Shown here: piece after piece, positions 29,788-39,353 of the stretch | How the letters are laid out: each line of letters begins with the position of its first letter | Numbering within the stretch: the first letter of the stretch is position 1 | Source of the DNA: Chloroflexota bacterium | Lineage (GTDB): Bacteria; Chloroflexota; UBA11872; VXOZ01 | NCBI GenBank assembly: GCA_963663275.1 | Contig: OY760183.1 | Coordinates: 1-64,000, forward strand | DNA: 64,000 nt | Reading direction: 5' to 3' | Position numbers and translations under genes: made by a program | The notes under the pieces: generated by a model | What the model was told of the DNA's origin: nothing | The model's input: the letters and a program-made list of their open reading frames with translations, nothing else | Databases searched by the model: none

Positions 29788-30091
29788 ACACCACCCTTCC
29801 TTCCGCCAGCGCCGGCTTGATTACCAGCGCGTGACTGTCCTTATACCGTTCCACCTCCGCCGGAGAGACCATAACGGCGTCTACCGCCGCGCCGACGCCG
29901 TGCAGCGTGCGGTAGATCCGTCCAACCAGTTCGCGCGAGTGGCCTCCCTCGCGCACGATCAGCAAATCCACGTCGCTGTGAGGCCCCATGTCACCGCGCG
30001 CCGCCGAGCCGAACAGGATGATCTTCTCCGGGTGCGCCGTCTCGACGATTCTATCGATGATGTCTTCCAGGATTTCCGGCTCAAGCGTCAT
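29756..30091 (-). CDS. minimal nucleotidyltransferase domain protein
   Basis: PEKIILFGSAARGDMGPHSDVDLLIV, EGRVVY. Confidence 0.9.
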   Translation of the reverse strand: MTLEPEILEDIIDRIVETAHPEKIILFGSAARGDMGPHSDVDLLIVREGGHSRELVGRIYRTLHGVGAAVDAVMVSPAEVERYKDSHALVIKPALAEGRVVYDAARTLSAG

Positions 30092-30578
30092 GCGGCGCTC
30101 CCGCTCCAAGCAGTCGGGCGTTGGTCAACACGATCAGGATGCCAGCAACATACCACGCCGGGGGGCTTGAGCCAAATGGCTCGGATTGGGGTGGCGCCAG
30201 GCCCTTTGGGCGCAGCCGGTTCAACGCAAACGCTCGCACTAATGCATGAGCAGGTTTGCAACCTGCGCTCCGCTGTCTTGCGCGCCGGCGGGCCAAGCCG
30301 GAATTCCCTGCTGAGGATCGCCTATCTCTCCAATTGCCGTAAGTTCAATAGACCGTCCGGCTCGGTGTTTCCCATCAGGACGTGCGCTAAACCGTCGTTC
30401 TCCGTGACGCCGTTGCTCCGCGCGGTTGGGCAAACCGGCAACCGTAGGCCATATAATGGAAGCACGTCTCTGGACTTGGGAGGGACGGGTATTAGCGTGC
30501 AGGCCCTCTGGCGCGATGGCCGCAGCCGGCCCGTTTTCGCAGAACCGGGCGGGGCCTTTGGGAAGAAGACGATCGCCA

Positions 30579-31916
30579 ATGGCAGACGTTCTCCAAACTA
30601 TCAACAGGCTCAAGTCGGAACTGGACGGCCTGCGCCCATTGCCGCCCGACGTTCTTGCCCAGGTAGAGCAGAAGTTGCGGCTCGAGTCGAACTACAACTC
30701 CAACGCCATCGAGGGCAACACGCTGACCCTCAGCGAGACCCGCAGCCTCATCCTGCACGGGCTCACCGCTCACGGGAAGCCGCTGCGCGACCACTTGGAC
30801 ATTGAGGGACACGACAGCGCGGTCAAGGGAATCGAGGCTGCGGTCAAAGAAGATCAAGCGCTCAACGAGGTCTTCATCCGCAATCTTCACCGGGTATTGC
30901 TCAAGGAACCCTACGCAACCAAGGCGGAGACGCCGGATGGGCGGTTGGTCGAGCGCACGATTTCACTCGGCGACTACAAGACTACGCCCAACAACGTGAG
31001 AACTTCGACCGGAGAGACGTACTACTTCACGCCGCCGGAGCAAGTGAAGCAGTCGATGACCGACCTTATCGACTGGTATCGCGCACGAGAGCGTGGCGGC
31101 GAACATCCCATCGTCATTGCCGCCACCTTCCACTATCGCTTCGTGCGCATTCATCCGTTCGATGACGGCAACGGCCGCATGGCGCGCCTGTTGATGAACA
31201 TGATCCTCATCAAGCACGGGTACACGGTGGCGATGATTCGACGAGAGCACCGCGACGAGTATCTCGGCAGACTCGAGCAGGTCGATAGAACCGAGGACCT
31301 CACCGCATTCATCAGCTTCATCGCGCGTTGCTGCGAGTATGCGCTCGACCTCTACCTGAAAGCCGCCCGCGGCGAGCCGATCGACGACATCGATGACATC
31401 GACAAAGAGATTGCCCTCTTCAAGCAGTCCCTCGCTTCAGCGCCGGATCAGACGTTTTCCGGCAGGGCGTACGTGGAGTCTGTCTTAAGTCCGTTCTTCG
31501 CATACTGCGCCGGCAGGGTTTGGCGCATTGCGGATGCATTCTCGAGTGTTCGTGCAGAAGTTTCGTTCAATGGCACCGACAGGGAAGGGAAGACGATAAG
31601 GGGCGGCCTGAACCAGGTTTGGATTGATTCGCCTACACCCGGGCCTCTCCAATATCCAAAAGACCTGCCCGAAGATTTGAGCTTACTGTCTACTAGCATT
31701 AGGTTTGACTTGTCCGGTTTCCAGGGAAGGCGGAGAGATGTCGCTCAATTGCGCATTAAAAACTATTCCGACGTGAGCCAAAGCAGGTGGCGCTTATCCG
31801 ATGACCCGCCCAGAGTTGGCTGGGAGCACGAGGGACAGGACTTGGAAGACCTCAAGCGCCACTTCAACCGGTTGTTGCGGGCACTGATGCAAGACCTTGA
31901 ACAGAAGAGATCCTAG
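30579..31916 (+). CDS. Fic family protein (class II type) with C-terminal extension
   Basis: Inhibitory SNAIEGN and catalytic HPFDDGNGRMAR motifs. Confidence 0.92.
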   Translation: MADVLQTINRLKSELDGLRPLPPDVLAQVEQKLRLESNYNSNAIEGNTLTLSETRSLILHGLTAHGKPLRDHLDIEGHDSAVKGIEAAVKEDQALNEVFIRNLHRVLLKEPYATKAETPDGRLVERTISLGDYKTTPNNVRTSTGETYYFTPPEQVKQSMTDLIDWYRARERGGEHPIVIAATFHYRFVRIHPFDDGNGRMARLLMNMILIKHGYTVAMIRREHRDEYLGRLEQVDRTEDLTAFISFIARCCEYALDLYLKAARGEPIDDIDDIDKEIALFKQSLASAPDQTFSGRAYVESVLSPFFAYCAGRVWRIADAFSSVRAEVSFNGTDREGKTIRGGLNQVWIDSPTPGPLQYPKDLPEDLSLLSTSIRFDLSGFQGRRRDVAQLRIKNYSDVSQSRWRLSDDPPRVGWEHEGQDLEDLKRHFNRLLRALMQDLEQKRS

Positions 31917-32104
31917 CCGGAGTCAGAACGTAGCAAAATCAAGTCTTTTGGTTAGGCGCAGGTAACGCGAATCTCTACCGGAGCGAGATTGCTTCCGGCG
32001 TGGTTCAACGCTAACACTCTCCTTGAGAATGAGTGTGCTAGAATCGCACCAAAGTGTCGCCAGCGGTCCCGGTCCGGCGCGCGGCAGCCTGCAAGGGGGA
32101 ACAC

Positions 32105-32488
32105 ATGGCCAAACTGAGCATATTCGTGAGTTTCGAGTTCGACAAAGACAACGACCTCAGGGACAATTTCTACGCCCAGGCCAAAGGCAAGTCACCGCAT
32201 CGGGTGCGCAATTGCTCGCTGAAAGAGGCGTATCCAACCGAGGCATGGAAGAAGAAGGCGAGAGAAGCCATCAAGGCGTGCGACGTGGTCGTCGTCCTGG
32301 TCGGCGAGGACACGCACAACGCGCAAGGCGTCATAGTGGAAACGGACATGGCGCGCAACATGGAGAAGCCGATCATCCAGATCAGGCCGCAGCGCACGAC
32401 ATTCACCGGGCTAAAGCATCTCGAACAGCCAATTGCGTGGCGGTGGAAGACCATCAACGCCAAGCTGGATGAAGTAGCGCCGCGCTAA
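32105..32488 (+). CDS. stand-alone TIR domain protein (ThsB/DUF1863-like)
   Basis: IFVSFEF, AIKACDVVVVLVGEDT, GVIVE (Glu at the catalytic position), KPIIQI; RBS AAGGGGG. Confidence 0.8.
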   Translation: MAKLSIFVSFEFDKDNDLRDNFYAQAKGKSPHRVRNCSLKEAYPTEAWKKKAREAIKACDVVVVLVGEDTHNAQGVIVETDMARNMEKPIIQIRPQRTTFTGLKHLEQPIAWRWKTINAKLDEVAPR

Positions 32489-32537
32489 CGCTGAGCCGCC
32501 CTGCTTCACCGACGCATTGCGGAGAGAGGACTACGTG

Positions 32538-32975
32538 ATGGCGAGCGCAAATCCGGACTTCGAATCCGCCGCCGTACAGACCCATCTCACCATCATGCAG
32601 GACGTGATACAACGCATGGCGGAGAACAGCCGCTCGTGCAAGGTATGGTGCATTACGCTGGTTTCCGCGATCCTTGTCTTGTCAGCGCAGACCGGCGCCG
32701 GGCAGCACGCCTTGATCGCGTTTGCCCCCGCTCTCCTCTTCGCCTCGCTCGACGCCTACTATCTGGCCTTGGAACGCGGCTTCCGCAATGCCTACGACGA
32801 GTTCATAAGCAAACTGCATAGCGGCAAGCTACCTGCCTGCCGCCTCTACGTCGTCGCGCCAAGTGAACCCGCCCGCAAGCTGTTCTGTCACAGCCTGCGA
32901 TCCTTTTCGATCTGGCCCTTTTACCTCATGGTGGCAATCATGGCGATCTTTGCCTGCTGGCTCATTTCTTCTTGA
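32538..32975 (+). CDS. small membrane protein following the TIR gene
   Basis: HLTIMQDVIQRMAENS..CKVW..TL, LDAYYLALERGFR; about three hydrophobic segments; RBS GAGGA. Confidence 0.75.
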   Translation: MASANPDFESAAVQTHLTIMQDVIQRMAENSRSCKVWCITLVSAILVLSAQTGAGQHALIAFAPALLFASLDAYYLALERGFRNAYDEFISKLHSGKLPACRLYVVAPSEPARKLFCHSLRSFSIWPFYLMVAIMAIFACWLISS

Positions 32976-33077
32976 CGCTGCCACGAGCGGAATCTATGCA
33001 GACTTGTCGTAGTGGCCTTATATTGGTGAAATCACAAGGTACTTACCCCTGCGAGAGGCAGCGAAAAGGAGACGCCG

Positions 33078-33518
33078 GTGGCTGAGTCGCTCGATGACAT
33101 CAAGGATCGCTATGAGGCGCTGGACCTGCAATTGGAGGTTGCCGGCGAGGATGCCATAGACCCCTCGTTCTTGCTGGTGTTCCCCTATGAGTACGACGGC
33201 AATCCCGCCGAGATCGTGGTGAAGACCCATGAGTTTACGGCGGTCTGTCCCTGGACCGGCCTGCCGGACACCGGCGAACTGGCGATTTCGTACGTGCCGG
33301 ACGCGCACTGCATCGAGCTCAAATCGCTCAAGTACTACCTGCTCACGTATAGGCAGGTGGGCATCGTGCAGGAACACGCCGCCGGCCGCATTCTGGACGA
33401 CCTCGCGCGGGCGTGCAAACCCCGCACGATGACCGTGCGCCTGGACTATACGCCGCGCGGCGGACTGCACACCGTGGTGACGGCGCGGTATCCGCCAGAA
33501 GACCCTGCCGGAGATTAG
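33078..33518 (+). CDS. queF: 7-cyano-7-deazaguanine reductase (preQ1 synthase)
   Basis: EFTAVCPWTGLPD, IELKSLKYYL, TPRGG. Confidence 0.93.
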   Translation: MAESLDDIKDRYEALDLQLEVAGEDAIDPSFLLVFPYEYDGNPAEIVVKTHEFTAVCPWTGLPDTGELAISYVPDAHCIELKSLKYYLLTYRQVGIVQEHAAGRILDDLARACKPRTMTVRLDYTPRGGLHTVVTARYPPEDPAGD

Positions 33519-33520
33519 CT

Positions 33521-33817
33521 GTAGGGGCGGTCCGCGAACCGCCCCTACGCACCGTTAGGAAGCACGCAGCACGTGACTCCCCACATCTCTGGTGGCGCAA
33601 ATGCGCAACCTGTGACGCTGTAGGGTCAATCCTTTGCTCGCCGTTTGCTGGTCCGGCGGGGGACAAGCCCCCGCGCTACGGGATTGCCTGGCATGGCGTA
33701 GGGACGGTTCGTGAACCAATGCTGTCGCAGTCGTTTGTTCGCCCTCCGGCGGGGGACAAGCCCCCGCGCTACGGGATTGCCTGGCACGGTGTAGGGGCGG
33801 TTCGCGAACCGCCCCTA
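33521..33817. repeat. BIME-like cluster of REP families between convergent genes
   Basis: GTAGGGGCGGT(T/C)CGCGAACCGCCCCTAC at 33521 and 33790; two copies of GCGGGGGACAAGCCCCCGCGCTACGGGATTGCCTGGCA. Confidence 0.85.
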
Positions 33818-33910
33818 CGTGCCGCAAGGCATCGCGCCGCTCCTGATATTCCGCGTCTCCGACGGCGTGGGATTCAATTGCAATCGCTGAAACTTTCGCG
33901 GGTGCGATGC

Positions 33911-34657
33911 TTAGGCCTCTTCCGCGGCGTTCACGCTGGTTGCCGGGTCGCCGCCGAAGATGCCGAACGGATTGAGCGAGCCGGGCGCGTCGTAGACGTC
34001 CATGCGCTCCGTGCGTTTGAGCCAGCCCACCACCAGGTAGGTCAGCGGCGTCGCGACGATTTCGTAGACCGTCTTGGCGATCCACGCCAGTATCATCGCG
34101 CGCAGCACTTCCTGCGCGGGCCAAATTCCGGATAGGCCGAACGCGATGCCGTAGAACATGACCGAATCGACGCCCTGGCCGACGAACGTAGACGAAATAG
34201 TGCGCAGCCATAGGTGGCGGCCGGCCGTGCGGTTCTTGAGCACCACCATCACCATGGCGTTGGCGAACTCGCCGATCAGGTACGCCGTGAAGGAGCCCGC
34301 CAGGATCCAGCCGGTAGTGCCCAGAATGACCACGTAGGCGTCCTGGTTTTCCCAAAAGACGGCGCCGGGGATGATGCCGCCAAGCCAGAAGAAGACGACC
34401 ATGAGCAGGTTGCAGGCGAAACCCAGCCAGATCACGCCGCGCGCCACCCGGAAGCCGTACACCTCGGTCAGCACGTCGCTGATGATGTAGCTCAGCGGGA
34501 AGCAGATGACCGACACGGACACCACGAAACCCGTGCCGCCCAGGAACTCGAACGGCAGGTCGAAGAGCGAGAGCGGCTTGGCGGCAATCACGTTGCTGAC
34601 CAGCAGCACGGTGACCGCTACCGCGGCGATGATGACGAGCTTGCCGGAAAACCGCAT
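33911..34657 (-). CDS. queuosine precursor transporter (YhhQ/VUT family)
   Basis: SNVIAAK, FPLSYIISDVLTEVYG, LWLRTISST, GQGVDS. Confidence 0.92.
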   Translation of the reverse strand: MRFSGKLVIIAAVAVTVLLVSNVIAAKPLSLFDLPFEFLGGTGFVVSVSVICFPLSYIISDVLTEVYGFRVARGVIWLGFACNLLMVVFFWLGGIIPGAVFWENQDAYVVILGTTGWILAGSFTAYLIGEFANAMVMVVLKNRTAGRHLWLRTISSTFVGQGVDSVMFYGIAFGLSGIWPAQEVLRAMILAWIAKTVYEIVATPLTYLVVGWLKRTERMDVYDAPGSLNPFGIFGGDPATSVNAAEEA

Positions 34658-34810
34658 AGTTCTTCTGCCCCTTTCGCGCCGGTGGGTAGGACGTTCCGCA
34701 GTGTCGCAGGCAGTATAGTGCAAGACGCGCCGCCGGTTCAAGGCGCAGCGCGCTAACGCAGGCGCGCGTCCGTTGGCGGGGTCGCGCTTGGCAAAGCGGG
34801 AACGGGCTTA

Positions 34811-35007
34811 GAGCCTGTTTACGATCTGCTTAGGGGAGAGTTTTCAAAGCCGATAAAGACCGTTCGTGCTGAGCACTTCGGCAAGCTCAGTACAGGCCTG
34901 TCGAAGCATGAACGGGCTATTCGCCACCTTTCGGCGGTTCCGTTCACCCTTCGACGCGGTTCAGGGCGAACGGTCCTCGTGCTTACAAGACGATCGTAAA
35001 CAGTCTC
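34811..35007. mobile_element. MITE family D (IS5-family-like, TTA target duplication)
   Basis: TIR GAG(C/A)CTGTTTACGATC 15/16; TTA at 34808-34810 and 35008-35010; internal palindromes. Confidence 0.8.
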
Positions 35008-35157
35008 TTAGGAAAAACGGGGCCGCGCCGGGAAAGCGGCAAAGGCATAGCGGCTTGCCCGCCTCATAGAATCGCGCCGCGCGCGAACGTAGTATGCTGG
35101 AAGGCGCGGGTCGAGCAACGGCGCGCGAATGCCTAGCGAACGCGGGAGGCTGACAAC

Positions 35158-36765
35158 GTGGACATAGATTCCGGCCTGGTCGGACATTGGATGCTGGAAG
35201 AGGATGCCGACGATCGCTCCGGCAGCGGCAATCACGGCCACATCACCGGCGCGGTAACGTTCGCGCCGCCCGTTCCGCTCGGCGGCGGTCCGGGCGCGGC
35301 TCAATTCGACGGGCGCGGCGGTCGCATTACCGTTCCACATAACGAGACACTGGACGTAGGCGCGGGGGATTTCTCAATCGCGGTCTGGGTTAATGCGAAT
35401 CGCGTTACCAAAGATGTGCCCGGCGACATTTTGAGCACGTTCTGCCCGGACACGCGGCGCGGCTTCAACTTCGGCATCCAATCCGCCGCGGGCGTCGGTT
35501 CGTCGCAGTCGAATTGGCGCAACGTCTTCTTTGGCATCGATAACGCTCAGGTGGAGCCGGTGTGGACCAACCACGGCCGGCCCGGCAATGCGGTCTACGC
35601 CATGGCGCTGGCGGTCCATGATGGCGCGCTCTACGCCGGCACGTACGAAGGCGGCGCGGGCGAAACGGGGCACGTCTATCGTTTCGCCGGCGGCGCGGAC
35701 TGGGAAGATTGCGGCGCGCCCGCCGGCTGCAACGCCGTGAGCGCCCTCGCCGAGTACAATGGCGATCTCTACGCGGCGGTGAGTTGCTACCGCGCCCAGG
35801 GCTCGGCGCAACCGAATTCGCCGAACCAACGGCCGGGCGGCAACGTCTACCGCTACGCCGGCGGTACCGAGTGGGTGGACTGCGGCCAACTGGGGAACGC
35901 CACTGACGTTTTCGGCCTGACGGTCTTCAACGGCGAACTCTACGGCTCCGCCATGTACTCGGCGGGCATGTTCCGCTACGCCGGCGGCAAGACCTGGCTG
36001 CCGTGCGGCGACCCAGGCACGCGGGTGGCGGTGCTGGGCGTCTTCCAGGGCGGGCTCTACGCCAGCGGCTACGACGTGGGCGGCGTCTTCCGCTACGAGG
36101 GCGACCAACGCTGGTCTTTTTGCGGCAACGCGGGCGCTTCCACCCAGCTTTACTCGTTTGCCTCCTACCAAGGCCAACTGCATACCGGCGTCTGGCCCAG
36201 CGGCTCCGTCTACCGCACTGAGGACGGCCGCGCGTGGCTCGACTGCGGCCGCCTGGACGAGGAACTGGAAGTGATGGGCATGATGGTCTATAACGGCAAA
36301 CTCTACGCCGGCACGCTGCCCGCCGCTCGCGTCTACCGCTACGACGGTGAGGGGAACTGGGTCTCCACCGGCCAGCTCGACACCACGCCGGACGTGCGCT
36401 ACCGCCGCGCCTGGACGATGGCGGTCTACCAGGGCCGCCTCTTCTGCACGACGCTGCCGTCCGGCAACGTGCTCTCGCTGGAGGCCGGCAGAAACGTCAC
36501 CCACGACCACGCCCTGCCCGCCGGCTGGCATCACCTCGCCGCCGTCCGTGAGGGCGGGCTGCTGCGCCTCTACGTGGACGGCGCGCTGGTAGCAGTGTCC
36601 GCGTCCTTCAACGCCGCCGATTACGACCTCACACTAGAAGAGCCGCTGCAATTCGGCGCCGGCCAAATCGGCCCCTTCAGCGGCAGCCTCTCCGACGTGC
36701 GGCTCTACAACCGGGGGCTGAGCGACACGCAAGTCGCGGCGATCTTTGCAAGACAGCGTATGTGA
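35158..36765 (+). CDS. LamG/concanavalin-like protein with an inserted repeat (beta-propeller-like) region
   Basis: LVGHWML...DRSGSGNHG, FSIAVWV; C-terminal WHHLAAV...LYVDG...DVRLYNRGLS; internal GxLYA...VYRYxG...W.xCG repeats. Confidence 0.75.
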   Translation: MDIDSGLVGHWMLEEDADDRSGSGNHGHITGAVTFAPPVPLGGGPGAAQFDGRGGRITVPHNETLDVGAGDFSIAVWVNANRVTKDVPGDILSTFCPDTRRGFNFGIQSAAGVGSSQSNWRNVFFGIDNAQVEPVWTNHGRPGNAVYAMALAVHDGALYAGTYEGGAGETGHVYRFAGGADWEDCGAPAGCNAVSALAEYNGDLYAAVSCYRAQGSAQPNSPNQRPGGNVYRYAGGTEWVDCGQLGNATDVFGLTVFNGELYGSAMYSAGMFRYAGGKTWLPCGDPGTRVAVLGVFQGGLYASGYDVGGVFRYEGDQRWSFCGNAGASTQLYSFASYQGQLHTGVWPSGSVYRTEDGRAWLDCGRLDEELEVMGMMVYNGKLYAGTLPAARVYRYDGEGNWVSTGQLDTTPDVRYRRAWTMAVYQGRLFCTTLPSGNVLSLEAGRNVTHDHALPAGWHHLAAVREGGLLRLYVDGALVAVSASFNAADYDLTLEEPLQFGAGQIGPFSGSLSDVRLYNRGLSDTQVAAIFARQRM

Positions 36766-36855
36766 AGCGAGGGTCCGAGACTGTGCAGGCCCACCAACTG
36801 CCTGACGGACCAGGCTGCGCCCGCGTGCCAAATAGGGCAGTACGGTCGATCGTCG

Positions 36856-37239
36856 TTACGTCTGCATTATCTGGATCAGGTTGCCGCAGGTGTCGTCAAA
36901 GACCGCAATAGTGGCGGCGCCCAAATCTGTTGGCTCCATCGTAAAAGCTACGCCCAGTGACTTCAGTTTCTCATACTCTGCATGGATGTCCGTAACGCCA
37001 AAGGAATTCGCTGGGATGCCTTGGTCGAATAACCCTTTCTGATATGCTTGTGCTACCGGGTTTTCATTTGGTTCAAGCAGAAGCTCGGTCCCATCCGGGT
37101 TATCGGGCGAGACGACGGTAAGCCACCTGTATTCCCCCGCAGGCACGTCATGCTTCTTCACAAAGCCGAGGGTTTCTGTATAAAACCTCAGGGCTTCGTC
37201 CTGGTCACTTACGAAAACGCCGGTGAGTATAATGCGCAT
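36856..37239 (-). CDS. VOC/glyoxalase family protein
   Basis: VSDQDEALRFYTETLGF, RWLTV, FDDTCGNLIQI. Confidence 0.92.
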   Translation of the reverse strand: MRIILTGVFVSDQDEALRFYTETLGFVKKHDVPAGEYRWLTVVSPDNPDGTELLLEPNENPVAQAYQKGLFDQGIPANSFGVTDIHAEYEKLKSLGVAFTMEPTDLGAATIAVFDDTCGNLIQIMQT

Positions 37240-37266
37240 ATCTGGCCTCCTCTTCTTCTCATAGTG

Positions 37267-37539
37267 TCACTTGAGCCATCGATTCATGACACCCCTGATC
37301 GGTTCATCGTTGAAGACAAGCATCCGATACTTGCCACGCTTCTCTGAGCGTACGAGCCCTGCCTTCTCTAACACATCGATGTGCTTGGCTATGGCCTGCC
37401 GGGAGATGGCGACTTCATGCCGCACGATCAAGCGCGCCGTGAGCTCGTAAAGCGTCTGCTCCTTGCGCTCACAGAGCTCGTCGAGCATCAACCGCCGTGT
37501 TGGATCCGCGAGCGCCCTGTAGACCAAGTCTGTGTGCAT
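37267..37539 (-). CDS. ArsR/SmtB family transcriptional regulator
   Basis: YRALADPTRR, ISRQAIAKHIDVLEKAGLV. Confidence 0.9.
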   Translation of the reverse strand: MHTDLVYRALADPTRRLMLDELCERKEQTLYELTARLIVRHEVAISRQAIAKHIDVLEKAGLVRSEKRGKYRMLVFNDEPIRGVMNRWLK

Positions 37540-37547
37540 GCGCGCAT

Positions 37548-37577
37548 ATAATACACAACCATACGGTTGCATGTCAA
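37548..37577 (-). promoter_or_regulatory. promoter with internal operator palindrome, probably a leaderless transcript
   Basis: TTGACA-18 nt-TATTAT, 8 nt before the ATG; CAACC-GTAT-GGTTG between the boxes. Confidence 0.7.
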
Positions 37578-38014
37578 GGGAAGATTCTCCCGCCTGGCAG
37601 GAACCACATTCCCAGCCACTTGCAGGATTGGGTGAAGACATGGAACCAGCTAAGCTGGAATTGGAAGAGCTCCAAATCTAGTGGGCGGAGGGCTGGTGAA
37701 TGTCTATTCGGGGCTGATAGGCGCCTTCCTCACATAACGAACTCCCAGCAAGAAGTTCGCAATTCAGTCTTGGCAGTCCCACCCGCTCCCACCCGGCGCG
37801 GCGCCGCCGGAAGCCCTCTATTGCTCTTTTGAGGTTGGCGCGGTCCTGCGCCGGGGCGGGGACTAGATGCGCCACCGGCTTCCCGTGCCGGGCTATGGCA
37901 ACAGTCTCCCCACGCTCGACCTCGCGTTAAGCCCAATAGGGCGCGCCCGGGCTGGCTTCACCGGGGAATGGTCGCCACACTGGGCAAACCGTTAATTGCA
38001 TTGTTTGCCCGGTC

Positions 38015-39325
38015 TCACCCTTCGGCTGGCGCCGCGCGCAAGCGCGCCAGCGGCTTGTCATCGATTGGCAGGTGCACCAGGGCGGCGAATATGCCGAAGC
38101 CGACGCCGGCCCACCACATGGCGTCATAGGAGCCGGTTTGGTCGTAGAGCAGCCCGCCCAGCCACACGCCCAGAAAGCTGCCCACCTGATGGCTCAGGAA
38201 GACGATGCCGAACAGGGTGGCCATGAACCGCAGCCCGAATATCTGCGCCACGATTCCGGTGGTGAGCGGCACGGTGGAAAGCCACAGTAGTCCCATCGAG
38301 GCCGCGAAGAGGTAGACGGTCAACTCGTTGGCCGGCGCCAGCAGTAGTCCGAAGATGATACACGCCCGGCCGAAATAGATGGCGGAGAGACCGTACTTCT
38401 TGGAGTAACGTTGCCCAAACGCGCCCGACAGCAGCGAACCGCAGATGTTGAACAGGCCGACCAGCGAGAGCGCATACGCGCCCGCCCGCGCCGAAAGGCC
38501 GAGATCGGTAACGTACGTGGGGAAGTGCGCGGTGATGAACGCGACGTGGAACCCGCACACGAAGAAACCCGCCGTGAGGAGCACGTAACTCCGCTGGCGC
38601 ATTGCCTCGCCCAGGGCGTCTGCCAAGCTCTGGTCCGTGGCCGGTTCCGACCGCGATTGCGTGCCGCGCGGCAGGCTGAACGCCAGCGGCACCACCACCA
38701 AGGCGACGACGGACATTACCAGCAGGGAGTCGAACCAGCCGTAAGTGGCTATCAGGGTCTGATTGATGGGCGAAAAGAGCACCTGGCCCATGGAACCCGC
38801 GGCGGTGCCCAGCCCCAACGCCAACGAGCGCCGCTCCGGCCCGATATTCCGGGCAATGGCCGCCAACACCAGGGAGAACGAGCAGAAGGCCACGCCCAGC
38901 CCCACCAGAATCCCGCCGGTCAGGTAGAGCGCCGGCCCGCTGTCGGAGAGCGCCATACCGACCACACCGGCAGCGTATACCGCCGCCCCCAAGGCGACGA
39001 TCCTGGCCGTGCCGAACCGGTCCGCAATCGCGCCGGCCACTGGCACGCCCATGCCCCACACGAGATTCTGGAGCGCCAACGCCAGGGAAAAGGTTTCCCG
39101 CGACCAGCCGTGCTCGCTCGTCATCGGCTCCAAATAGAGGCCGAAACTCGACCGGATGCCGAACCCGATAAGCAAAATCAAACACGCCGCCGCGATCACC
39201 GCCGTCACGGCAGTGCGTCCGGGAGAATGGTTTGCGGAGGCTTGGCTCAAGAGAACTGGCTCTGCGGCAGCTTTGTAAGGTGGCGTGCGCGATAGACGGG
39301 CGTTCGCGGACGGAGGCTTACCCAA
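38015..39325 (-). CDS. MFS transporter
   Basis: GAIADRFG motif A, about 12 TM segments, GFFVCGFH; start uncertain. Confidence 0.9.
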   Translation of the reverse strand: MGKPPSANARLSRTPPYKAAAEPVLLSQASANHSPGRTAVTAVIAAACLILLIGFGIRSSFGLYLEPMTSEHGWSRETFSLALALQNLVWGMGVPVAGAIADRFGTARIVALGAAVYAAGVVGMALSDSGPALYLTGGILVGLGVAFCSFSLVLAAIARNIGPERRSLALGLGTAAGSMGQVLFSPINQTLIATYGWFDSLLVMSVVALVVVPLAFSLPRGTQSRSEPATDQSLADALGEAMRQRSYVLLTAGFFVCGFHVAFITAHFPTYVTDLGLSARAGAYALSLVGLFNICGSLLSGAFGQRYSKKYGLSAIYFGRACIIFGLLLAPANELTVYLFAASMGLLWLSTVPLTTGIVAQIFGLRFMATLFGIVFLSHQVGSFLGVWLGGLLYDQTGSYDAMWWAGVGFGIFAALVHLPIDDKPLARLRAAPAEG

Positions 39326-39353
39326 GGTCTAAAATCGGCACACCGCGAATCGC

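Noticed and set aside
30290-30440. Possible remnant of a type I restriction specificity subunit C-terminus (LRQLER*AILSREF)
   Set aside because: The resemblance is too short and weak to support without a search.
34658-34760. preQ1 riboswitch upstream of the transporter
   Set aside because: No preQ1-I stem-loop with A-rich tail is visible.
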